DNA from: the human T2T-CHM13v2.0 reference genome, Homo sapiens
Length of the DNA stretch: 64,000 bases
Assembly: GCF_009914755.1 (NCBI RefSeq)
Contig: NC_060929.1
Reading direction: 5' to 3' (one strand)
Shown: positions 48,200 to 60,240 of the stretch, one piece after another
Position numbering within the stretch: position 1 is the first letter of the stretch
Layout: the number at the start of each line of letters is the position of its first letter
Made by a program: the position numbers and the translations under genes
The notes under the pieces: model-generated
The model's input: only the letters and a program-made list of their open reading frames with translations
What the model was told of the DNA's origin: nothing
The model's database searches: none

Positions 48200-48916
48200 T
48201 AGGCTACTTGAGGGTCAGGGACCCACTTGAGGAGGCAGTCTGCCTGTTCTCAGATCTCAAGCTGCGTGCTGGGAGAACCACTACTCTCTTCAAAACTGTC
48301 AGACAGGGACATTTAAGTCTGCAGAGGTTATTGCTGTCTTTTGTTTGTCTGTGCCCTGCCCCCAGAGGTGGAGCCTACCGAGGCACGCAGGCCTCCTTGA
48401 GCTGTGGTGGGCTTCACCCAGTTCGAGCTTCCCAGCTGCTTTGGTTACCTACTCAAGCCTGGGCAATGGCGGGTGCCCCTCCCCCAGCCTCGCTGTGGCC
48501 TTGCAGTTTGATCTCAGACTGCTGTGCTAGCAATGAGCGAGGCTCCATGGGCGTAGGACCCTCCGAGCCAGTTGCGGGATATAATCTCCTGGTGTGCGGT
48601 TTGTTAAGCCCGTTGGAAAAGCGCAGTATTAGGGCAGGAGTGACCCGATTTTCCAGGTGCCATCTGTCACCCCTTCCTTTGACTAGGAAAGGGAATTCCT
48701 TGACCCCTTGTGTTTTCCAGGTGAGGCGATGCCTCACCCTGCTTCGGCTCAGGCATGGTGTGCTGCACCCACTGTTCTGCACCCACTGTCCGGCACTCCC
48801 CAGTGAGATGAACCCGGTACCTCAGTTGGAAGTGCAGAAAACACCCGTCTTCTGCGTCGCTCACGCTGGGAGCTGTAGACTGGACCTGTTCCTATTCGGC
48901 CATCTTGGCTCCTCCC
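48200..48916 (+). promoter_or_regulatory. L1 5'UTR including the antisense promoter region (faces ERBIN downstream exons) and the YY1 site at the L1 5' end
   Basis: GC-rich L1 5'UTR; GCCATCTT (YY1 site, reverse of AAGATGGC) at about 48899-48906; antisense promoter location taken from established L1 biology. Confidence 0.6.
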
Positions 48917-48930
48917 AATTTCTCGATTAA
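48466..48930 (+). CDS. L1 ORF0 (antisense 5'UTR ORF), open for 154 aa; expression unknown
   Basis: GCAATGG Kozak context; MAGAPPPASLWPCSLISDCCASN... matches the primate ORF0 N-terminus; stop TAA at 48928-48930 lies in the TSD. Confidence 0.6.
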   Translation: MAGAPPPASLWPCSLISDCCASNERGSMGVGPSEPVAGYNLLVCGLLSPLEKRSIRAGVTRFSRCHLSPLPLTRKGNSLTPCVFQVRRCLTLLRLRHGVLHPLFCTHCPALPSEMNPVPQLEVQKTPVFCVAHAGSCRLDLFLFGHLGSSQFLD

Positions 48931-50087
48931 GACATTTTTAAAAAGTGAAGATAGTCTCTGTATGTTTAGCTTGTAAAAATTTGTTTTAAATACCTATTTA
49001 TCAAGGATGATGATCTTGAATAATTTTCTGTTAAATATACTTATCTGTCAGAAACAATACCAATAAAATGTCAATAGAGACATTCGTATTTATATACACA
49101 CTTATATACGTACACACATAAAACTAACAAAAATAGAAATTTCAATAGAAATTTGGTATTTTCTTCATGATTTCATTATTAATCATCTCTTCTTCAGAAA
49201 ATATAGTTCAGAAGATTATTTCATAGTTTAGGTAATAACTGGTTCAAAAGATGAAATGTTAATGTACTGCTAGTAATTATCTGTCGGTGAGATTTGGGGA
49301 CTTTTTGATACATTTCTAAAATGTTTTCATTTTGAAAGATAAAATGGTAATGATAAATGCAATAGTAATCACAGAAGATGGGATTATTCAACAAACAGTG
49401 CTTTTTGAAAAACTTACAATTTTGATAAATAGGATTAAGATTAATAGATTAAGGTAAAAGTTATATATCAAGAAGGAATTCTGAAAGCAGAGACAAGGAG
49501 TTCAACCTGGTTGAATTAAAGATGTATTTTGAGAACATTTGATAATAAAGTATGAATATTAGAAAGTCATAATATATAAAGTTTATTTGGTATTTACAAA
49601 GTGCCAGAAACTACTATCACTGTACAGTTACCTTGCTATACAAATATTTCTCAATTTTCACATGAGTCCTGTGTGATATTTTTATTATCTCATTTTACCA
49701 TAAGGAAATTTAGGCACAGAAGAGTTAAGTAATTTTCCCAGGATGATATGTGTTACGTAGTGTAGAGGAATGACTTTAAAAGCCTATCAGAAGAATTTCA
49801 AGTTGACACAATAAACAAAAGAGAGCCACTATTATTTCCTGAGCATATAGAGTATTTTAGGATATCTTAGGCAAAAGTGTTCAGGATGAATTGATAAGAA
49901 GTAGCTTAGGAAACAGTTTCAATAATAAAACAGCCAAATGAGAGATACTTGAGCTGGGGTTTTGGCTCTCGTGGTGATGAGTCTGAAAAACACTTGGGTT
50001 AAAATTGTTTAGTTTTAGGGATGGAATGAGAAAAAAGATTGAAGAGGTAGCCAAGGTTTCTGATTTGAGATATTTGGTCATTAACCT

Positions 50088-50229
50088 TATTTAATTAATT
50101 AATTTTTTAAATAGAGACAGGGTCTCACTATGTTGCCCAGGCTGGTCTCAAACTCCTGGCCTCAAGCAATCCTCTTGCTTCAGCCTCTCAAAGTGCTGTG
50201 ATTACAGATGTGAGCCACCATGCCCTGCC
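50088..50229 (-). mobile_element. FLAM/Alu left monomer
   Basis: AGAGACAGGGTCTCACTATGTTGCCCAGGCTGG...GTGAGCCACCATGCC. Confidence 0.85.
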
Positions 50230-50817
50230 AAATCAATATTTTTTTAAAGTTCTGGTAGTTAAGGAAATGAAGTCTTTAAAGCATTGTGGTATAGTATAAA
50301 AGTTTGGCAAAAAATAGCTTAGTTGGTTTTGAATATATTGAATTTGATGTGATGACTGTGTGCAAGTAACATGGAACACAATACGATACTAGGTTTAGTG
50401 ATGCAAATTTGAGATACAAACCATGTGAATGAGTGAATTTTCCTAGGCAGTAATTATGTGGGATAAGAAAAAAGTGTGTTTTTAAGAGACTGAAAAGATA
50501 CATTGTTTTAAGTAATGTTAAATTGCTAAGATTGCTAGACATACTTATTATTTCAAAGAGCAGCCCATTCCAATTCAGTGATATGTACACCTTAAGATTT
50601 CTTCACCATCTTTCATCTTTTCCCCTCTTACCCACCATTAACTGCTAGAAATTTATTATTTTAAGGCAGGATGGTTTGAATAACCAAACATTTGTACCTA
50701 GATTTTACCTTTGTTCTTCCTTTAACCTAGGTAAGTGGTTTTCAAACTTTACTATATGGGGTCTATAAATAAAACTGTACATTCCGAGTGATTTCAGAGA
50801 TTTTCAGATTAATTTTG

Positions 50818-50820
<3 letters not shown>

Positions 50821-50879
<59 letters not shown>
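50821..50879. repeat. (TG)29 microsatellite
   Basis: Perfect dinucleotide run. Confidence 0.97.
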
Positions 50880-50882
<3 letters not shown>

Positions 50883-52995
50883 GCTTTGTATGTGAACCAG
50901 CATCCATTTATTTGTTATCCCATTTTCCAGTAAGGAAATTCAGGCGCAGAATAATTAAGTAATTTTCCCAGGATGATATATATGTTATGTGAAGGAGGGG
51001 GAACAACTTTAAAAGCTGGTCTGAAGAATTTCAAGTTGACACAATAAATAAGGTGAAGCCACTGTTACTTCCTGAGCAGATATAGTACTTTAGGTTATAT
51101 AATGTTAGATGTGGTTCTTTTGAGTTGTCTGAGAGTTTAATGTGATTCTACCACCAGCCTCCTAAAAATAATTTTATTCAGTAAAAATAATCCTTAATAT
51201 TGAAGCATAATTTGAGTAATTTGCCAGTGAAAATTAACTCTTTATTTCTGCAAGTCTCTCGTGGGGATGCTTTCTTTTCCTATGTTCAAAACATTCTAAA
51301 ATCATGTAATTCTGAAAATTGTCCCTGTTTTATTTATATAACAACTTTGTGCTACTTTGATGCTTATTCATTAGATGGTGTAATCAGAATGTATGGGCGT
51401 TAGAAGCAGATTGAAAGTGCTACATAAATATATTACTAATTAACTACTTTAATAGCAGCAGGATTTAGACTCCAAACTTCATTGATTCAAAGTGGTAGAA
51501 GATGATGGAGGATCTCTATTCACTCCCCTACACCCACCATCTTAATTCTAATGGCAAAGTAGACATTTAAAAATTTTACCCTGGGGGCTTTCACAGTGCC
51601 TGCCCTACCTCATGAGGTCAGTTCCCAAATTAAAATTTGCTACTTTACTCAGCTGAGAGTTAGTAGTAATAATCTATTGAAGCTTAAGTAGTTTTTAAAC
51701 CTTTTAATAGTCACCCCTCTTAACCTCCCACTGCCAAAAATAAAAAAAAAAAAACAAAAAAAACTGTACCTGGAATTCAAAGATACAAAGTAGATGTCAC
51801 CTTGAAAATTTCAAGATTTATTTAATTAATAAGCAAAATTTGAAAAGGAATAAGAACTTTTTATTTCAGAGGTGAATGGTTACTATCAGCATTTACTAAC
51901 ATTCCTTATGAGAACTCAGATATTAAGCATTCCAAACCATAATATGATTAACACAACATGGTAAGTGTTACGTTCACTCGTTATTATACAACTATCAGTA
52001 TGTAATGAACAACATTGCCCAGGACATTATGCCTAGCATTTAATTGAGCACTCTACAATGTGTTGTGACAGGAAGCAGTTTTACGTGGATGTCTGCACAA
52101 ACCTGAATTTAAAACCAGACCTGTTTTGAGCTTCAGCTTTATTCATCAGTAAAATATTTACAGTAAGCTCATGTGTTTGGAGATGACAGAGAAAGCTTTG
52201 CTACAAGATCTGTCTAAAGGGTTAATCAGGCCACTTGAGTCAATAACACATTAAAGCTCTCTGCACAGCAAATGTGTGTGTCTGTTATTTATGTATGTAT
52301 GAATGATTTCTTTGTTTTTTTTTATTCCAGTCAAATGTTTATGAAACCTCCAGATTGCCTCGTTAAATCCTTAACCTTGGTGAAATGGTTTGGGAAAATG
52401 CAGGTCTGGGCTATAAGTTTAGCTTTTTCTTTAGTCACTACTTTAGATTTCACAGAATAACTGGAAGTGTACATGGTAATTTTATAGATCTTTTTCTTTA
52501 TGGAATCCTGTATTTCTTGGCATTAGACGTCAACTTCAGATTTTGAGAAGGAATGTATTTGCTAAGAGTAATACAGAAATGCTTGTTATGATATTTCTGT
52601 ATTAATAACAAGCCATGCTCAAAATGTGGTTTCATCCAGTTTGACCATTAAGCCCTCAGCACTCAGGGACATGACTAAAGGCACTCACATGGAAGAACGG
52701 CAGTTCATAACACTGGGAATAAACAAGTGGAACAGCGGGAATCAGGCAGTGTGTTTATTGAGGTACATCTTCAGGCAGTACTGGGATTAGCAATTAGGTA
52801 TTCATATGAATTCAGTTTGTGAGAGGATTCCATCAATGGCTCTTCAAATTTAAGCAGCAAAGGCCACCACTAACTCCTAAAATATAGTGATCTTTAATAC
52901 CAGTTTATTTGAATGGGGAAAATTTGCCACACATTTTCTCGTTTTCTTCTTCTTGTAATTTTAGAGCAGCAGGAGCATTTTAAAAGTTATACTCA

Positions 52996-53184
52996 CCAAG
53001 CCTGGGCAAGGTGGTGAGACCCTGTCTACATGAAAAATAAAAAAACTAGCCAGGCATGGTGGTGCACACCTGTGGTCCCAGCTACTCAGGAGCCTGAGGC
53101 AGGAGGATGGCTTGAGCCCAGGAATTTGAGGCCAGCCTGGGTAACATAGCAAGACCCATGTCTCTTTAAAAAATAAAATTAAAA
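52996..53184 (+). mobile_element. Truncated or chimeric Alu
   Basis: Left-arm end, linker, then a monomer ending in a left-arm-type GGTAACATAGCAAGACCC. Confidence 0.75.
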
Positions 53185-53264
53185 AGGGTATATCATAAAT
53201 TCGCGTATGTTAAAACTATTCTCTAATGCAAGATATTTTTCTAAACATTTAGAAATTGAAATGT

Positions 53265-53559
53265 GGTCCGGCACAGTGGCTCATACCTGTAATCCCAGCA
53301 GTTTAGGGGGCTGAGGCAAAAGGATTGCTTGAAGGAAGGAGTTTGAGACCACCCTGGACAAGTGTAGTGAGACCTCGTCTCTACAAAAATAATAATAATA
53401 ATAATAATAACAACAACTAGCCAGGTGTGGTAATGAGGACCTGTAGTCCTGTCTACTCAGGAGGCAAGATCTTTGAGCCCAGGAGTTTGAAGCTGCAGTG
53501 AGCCAGGAGCTTGCTATTGTACTCCGGACTGGGAGTCTACCTCTTAAAAAAAAAAAAAA
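53265..53559 (+). mobile_element. AluJ with an (AAT)n expanded linker
   Basis: Dimer with (AAT)n at about 53388-53410. Confidence 0.85.
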
Positions 53560-54093
53560 TTTTTGAAGTGGTATTTTTTGCAAATATATTTTGTGTTATG
53601 TATATTTAAACACTCAGTTTGTTTAATATGTTAGAATTTGCATAAAATGAAGTAGATTCTCTAAAAATTCATTTGACTTAGAATTACTGGGTGTTGGTAA
53701 AATTTATCTTTATATAGAGAAATTAATTTCTGTTCTGTATATGACTTTAGATACACATACATCAGCATATGGCGTCAACTCCTATTTTCTGACATATATA
53801 TCTAAGATGTGTTAGGAGTAAAGGAAATAGCATTCTAAAAGCAGTTATATGTCTGTACTTTCTTCCTTTGCTTAAACATGTGAATGGTTGTATTTACGTG
53901 TAATTTGTGTATATGTATATGTTGTCATATAAATACATGGTAAATGGTTCCAATTTCTTTCACTAATGAAAATTAGTGTTGCATGATACTTCTCTGGTTT
54001 TGGGGTTACTTGTAAATAAGTCTACGTATATAACATGTCTCGTGGATTTTGCATGCTACACTAATCTCTGTTAAATCTATCCCCTTTATTCAG

Positions 54094-54237
54094 AGCATGC
54101 TGTCAAGGTCCTTTTATTCCAATTTTACTACTGTAAGCAGTTTTCACTGTGGCAGCTCTAGGGATCTGCATGGCAGCCAGGGCAGTCTTGCCTTGAGTGT
54201 TGCAGACAGAAGAGGTTCTGGTGGGCACATTTTTCGA
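54094..54237 (+). CDS. ERBIN: ERBIN alternative cassette exon, 48 aa (SMLSRSF...GGHIFR)
   Basis: CTAAT branch point, attcag acceptor, CGA|gtgagt donor; 144 nt, phase 0/0, open frame. Confidence 0.88.
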
Positions 54238-55156
54238 GTGAGTACCTACACTAGACCAATACTTTTAGCTTGTAGAAGAGAAAACCCCAAATTTTAAGTG
54301 TTTTAATGTTTCCAGGAAAAAAAATGTTTACTCTGGGTTAGAAACCTTGATTTCCTCTGAGTTCTTCCATGGCTTAGTTCTAAATCTTTCTTCAGAGCTG
54401 ATAAATTCATTATCTCCTGAGTTTCTTTGGTCATAAACTAATGATGTAGTCAGCCCTTGTTTATGCAAAAAAGTGAACAATAGGAATAACTGAGAGATCT
54501 TCAAAAACTATTCTTTGTAGTATGTTTTCTCTTAATATTAAACTTTTCTATTCCTAAGGATTTTAAGGCTATGCTATATGTAATCCATAGACCTGTTACA
54601 GGGAGGAATAATTTTAACTCCAGTGACTGAGAATTGACTGAGAGAAAGCACTACCCTGAACTAATGTTAATCATAATTCACTGAGCATGATTAACTGTGA
54701 GACTGGAGAAATTGTAATAAGTGTCAGTGAAAAGACAAAGCACAAATCCTTTCTTACTCACATTTTACTAAACATTTCCTTAGTAGTGAAGAAGAAAGGT
54801 TTATGATTTTAACCAAAATTCAGTGTGGGGGATAAAAAGGCAGAGAAAGAAAGAACAACTCTGGCATGGCCCTGTTTTAAGATTTTTTTCCCATAACAAC
54901 TTGAAGTAGTAGCATGGTCTCTAGAATATTTCCTTCCGCCCCTCTCCTTCAATCCCGAAAAGACTGTTTTGTCTCTAATAACCCTGTTTTATCCCCTCCC
55001 CATAGTTTCCTTGTGAAGTATTTGCTTACTTCTGGGTCCTTTACTTCTACCTGAGCGATGGTATCCCCCATTTTAATATATCCCTGGCTTTCTTCTGGTG
55101 TTACAGAATAGGAGCAATCTCCTGGATTCTCTTGGCTCTGGCTGTACCTGACCTAG

Positions 55157-55559
<403 letters not shown>

Positions 55560-56269
55560 AGGAACCTCCCAATTTAAAAGATGAGAGAGAAGGGTGATAA
55601 CTATCAGTCTCTCATTCCAAGAGTCCCTGGGGGTAAAGATCAGTGGCTTTTATTAACTCAGGGGTAATCTTTGCCATTTATAGTCACCTGGAGCAATTGT
55701 ATTTTCCACATTCTTTTATAGTAACATTTTGTGCTTGTTTTTTTTTAATTTGGAGCCTTTGAATACATTGAATTTTACTTCTACATTCATGGTGTGCTTG
55801 TTCTTTTAAAAAGTAGATAAACATAGTTATACATTCACACTTGAGTTAAAATTTCAAGCTGAGAGCTAAATTCATTTATGTATTCTAAAAGCACATCTCA
55901 AAAAGGGAGAAGGAAAATAAAGTATTCATTGCATAAATACACAAAATTAGATCACGTCTAAAAATTCTAAGCCATGGTTTGAACTAACTGCACATGATAG
56001 ATGTGTTGCGGATATAATTTCTAAGATTAAATTCGAAATCCTTAACTCTATATGTATGCTGTAGTATGTCATAACAAAGTAGATTTTAGATTAATTTTTC
56101 AATATGATGATGTAGTTTGCATTTCTATGTTGCTAGCCGTAAACTGTTTTGAATGTAACAATAGTGCTATTTATCACAATCTGTTTTGTTTTCTAAAATA
56201 TATATAGGGATGTGTTTAGAACTAAAATTGAAGTGAAAAACATATGTGTCTTGCTTCCTGGCATATTTA

Positions 56270-56608
<339 letters not shown>

Positions 56609-57385
56609 ATATTCAGGGGTAATGAGATTGAGTCTTATTTTTCCCCTAAAGCTATCAGCTTGGTAAACTATAATACAGGGATATTATTTGGCCTATAAAG
56701 ATATTAACCAGTTAATTGGTTTTAATAGCATTTCTCCATATCAGTACTTCTGAAACTATTGAACTCATATCAATGTGGCAGAATTAAGCTAAAGCAAATT
56801 TTATATTCATTTCACACCCCAATCTTATCCCAATAAAATAAGTTTTGTAAGACTATAAGTGTATTGGTTCTGCTTGTCATTAAAATTTAGGGGAAAAAAA
56901 TCCCATGGGGTACTGTTCTATTGAAAGAACAGCAGTTAATTTTTTTTTTTTTTTTTTTACCAAAAATCTTTTTATAGTGCTCAACATGAGTGTGTTTTAG
57001 TTGGTCTTAAAATTTGAGACTCTAAACTTTGATTAATAACTATATTTGTTGTTCAAAGGTATTAAAAGCTAGGTATTACTGTAAGTAAAACTAAAAGGAA
57101 AAAATAACATGCAAAATTCATCTTCTACATGTGTGTATTGTACATAAGTAGATTAACAATATGTTTTCATATAAGCTTTTCATACATACAAAAATATCTT
57201 GCTATGTACCTTTGGAAGAAGTGAAAGATACTAATTGATGGCAGTAATGATGGCAGTGTTTGATTTGGGTCTTCATCTTTGCACTATTTGGCAATATTTT
57301 TTCCTAATCTTCTCTCAAGTGTCATCCTCTTGGTTTCACATCTTAAAGAACATTATTTGTTTACTTTTTATTTCCTGCTCATTAG

Positions 57386-57508
57386 AAGCATCCCCAGACA
57401 TCCAGTTCAGGAGATCCTTGTCAAGATGGTATATTCATTTCAGGACAGCAGAACTACTCATCAGCCACACTTAGTCACAAAGATGTTCCTCCAGACAGCT
57501 TGATGAAA
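57386..57508 (+). CDS. ERBIN: ERBIN alternative cassette exon, 41 aa (KHPQTSSSGDPCQD...DSLMK)
   Basis: cattag acceptor, AAA|gtgggt donor; 123 nt, phase 0/0. Confidence 0.9.
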
Positions 57509-59096
57509 GTGGGTGCTCGGGAAAACAAAATGTAGTATCTGTGAGCTTTCTATATTTTGCAGCTTTTGGACTAGATATTATATGTGCTTTAGATGAAAAT
57601 ACTTTTTTGAGGGCTTTCCCCCCTTTATTAGTAAGGATTTTTAAAATATCAGAAATACAAAATAGAATTTGACCCTGTCTACTATTTCTCAGTTCATTTC
57701 ATGATTTTTCTACCCTGGAGAATTATTTTATTTTTGCATTTAGATTTCTGTTATATAGTACCACCTATTTATTTTTTCATTTGAATCAAGGCCTTTTTGG
57801 TATTCCTGATAGTAAAACTATTTGGAGAATTGAAAATGAACTTGTGTTAAACTCTTCATTCTAGGATCTTTTACTATTACTAAAGTCAAATGTAATTACT
57901 TCAAATGATAATTAGAAATCATCTTGAAAGACTTTTGTATATGGTAGAATAGATGATGGTTGTGTTTTTAGTACTTTTGTTGCAATTATCTATGTATGGC
58001 CAGTGCCAGACAGATAATTTTTTACTATCCTCCCTCAACTATTTTTTCTTATTTTCTTAACTGATTCCATGCCTCTAGTATGACCAGATATAATTATGAA
58101 GCATAGTTATTTATTACATAAAACTTCTATGTTGCTCTTCAGAGTAGCTACCTGGTCATCTAATATATAAGTTCATAAGTCATCTAATACTTAAGTTCAT
58201 CTAATATATAAGTTCTTAAGTTTCTATTATTTTACCCTCTTTTAATTGAGCTTTGTCATCCAGTTTTTTCTCATTACATATATTTTGTGGCTTAGGGTTA
58301 CTGAGTTTAATACTTTCTAATTTCCTGAGCCATCTGCTAATTGTAGCTTAATATATTCCATGTGTATGTTTAACACTGATGTAGGCAAGACCAAATATTT
58401 GGTGTCAGGGAGTCTTAAGGTCAGTAGTAATTGTCACCTGGATTTTACCCAGGAGAAAGATACTGAATTTGCATGTAGGAATAAATGGTATAAACGTAGA
58501 GAAAATCATGGGCTATCTGCAGAATTGTATGTAAGTAATAAAGCAACAGCAGAACCAGTTAATTACTCATGGGCAAATCAGTTGCATTAAATCTACAGTG
58601 ATCAAGTAATAAACAGGTTTTTTTCCTCCAGAAATGTAGGGCTAATATAGCCCTTCATTTTCCTTCTCTCCAACCAATATAAGATTTGTCAGTAACATCC
58701 TTGTGTCCTATCACAGAATACCCATGTGTGTTCCTAGACTTCAGAATTTAACTAAGTTCTCAAGTATAACACAGTTTAACAGTGAAATAGAATGCCTTTT
58801 TTAAAAATACAAATCTATACCAAAGCTAAACTACTTTATATCTTTCAGCAAGGTTCACCAAGAAAAGCATGCAGTTCTGAAAGTGTTGCCATATCTTTCT
58901 GCAAACTTTTCTATTTGGGTTAATTTAGGGAACTGGACCTCAACTATTTCCCTCATAGTTTTCCCATAATTTCCTTGTCTATGAGATTTTCTGTCTGTTA
59001 ATAACCAACAAGGAAATTATAAGTTAATAGCTGAACCATATTTTTCTACACAAAAATCTTTTTATATGCAAATATTTGTAATATGACTGTAACCTC

Positions 59097-59406
59097 TTTT
59101 TTGTTGTTGTTTAGAGATGGAGTCTCGCTCTGTCACCCAGGCTAGGGTGCAGTGGCATGCTCATAGCTCACTGCAGCCTCAAACTACTGGGCTCAAATGA
59201 TCCTCCTACTTGAGCCTCCCAAGGAGCTGGGACTACAGGTGTGCACCACCATGCCCAGCTAATTTTTTTTTTTTTTTTTTTTTTTTTTTAGAGATGGGGT
59301 CTTGCTGTTTTGCCCAGGCTGATCTTGAACTCCTGGCCTGAAGCAATCCTCCTGTATAGGCCTCCCAAAATGCTGGGATTATAGGCATGAGCTACTGCAC
59401 CCTGCC
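59097..59406 (-). mobile_element. AluJ
   Basis: Dimer with a long T linker. Confidence 0.88.
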
Positions 59407-60240
59407 TCTTGTTTTTAAGATAGATTCCTCATGCTAACAGAATAAGCTATTAGCCACATTTCTACAAAGGTGATTTTAAGTCAGGTTTATTCTCTAAAAA
59501 TGAGAGGCATTAAAACAAAGATAGTTCTCTAACAACAACAAACTAATAATTTAAATTTTTTTGCTGTTTACTTTATGAATAGGGTAGAATGTCAACATTT
59601 AATTTTTATGGCTAATAGTCTATGGAATTAATAATAAGAGATTATAAACGTTGCTAACATACACACAAGGAATAAATCAGTTTTCTACATAGATAGCTGA
59701 ATTGACTTGTTAATTTTGGAAAAGAAGGAATAAAAGCAGAAAAATAAATTTGGAAAGAATTTTACCACAAAATTAGTTTTTTTCTGAAGAAAAACGTCAG
59801 CAAATGTACCTTTTGTGTATGTGTGTTTGATTTAGTATGGGAAAAGATATGCATCTCATAGACTGGCTTAAATTTTAAAATTTTGGTATACTATGTGCCA
59901 TTTTAACATTTGGTTATTATAAGATAGATACATCTAAGAAAATACAAGTGTAGCTCACAAAAAAGCAAGTAATTTAAAATGTAGATATGATGTACTTCCA
60001 TTTGAAAGCTTAAAAAAGTGAGTGTAACAACAAGCACTCAGGAAACTTTAGAATTAAGACATTAATAGCTTATTTCTTTTAAGTTTTAAAATTATAGAAA
60101 AATAGTAAGTGGCATGGTATTGTTTGACTTAATTAGAATGTGAAAACTCTAGTGCTTTTGTAATGCTCCAAGAAGAAATCCAAATATTTGAAATAAGACA
60201 TTATTATTGGTCATTTTAAGATACTTCATGTTTTTCTTAG

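Noticed and set aside
48208-48465. 240-aa ORF as a novel gene
   Set aside because: The listed start is TTG; the first credible ATG is ORF0 at 48466, and the sequence is L1 5'UTR
57235-57503. Two ORFs overlapping the 123-nt exon in other frames
   Set aside because: Non-ATG starts and no independent support; the true frame is KHPQTSS...
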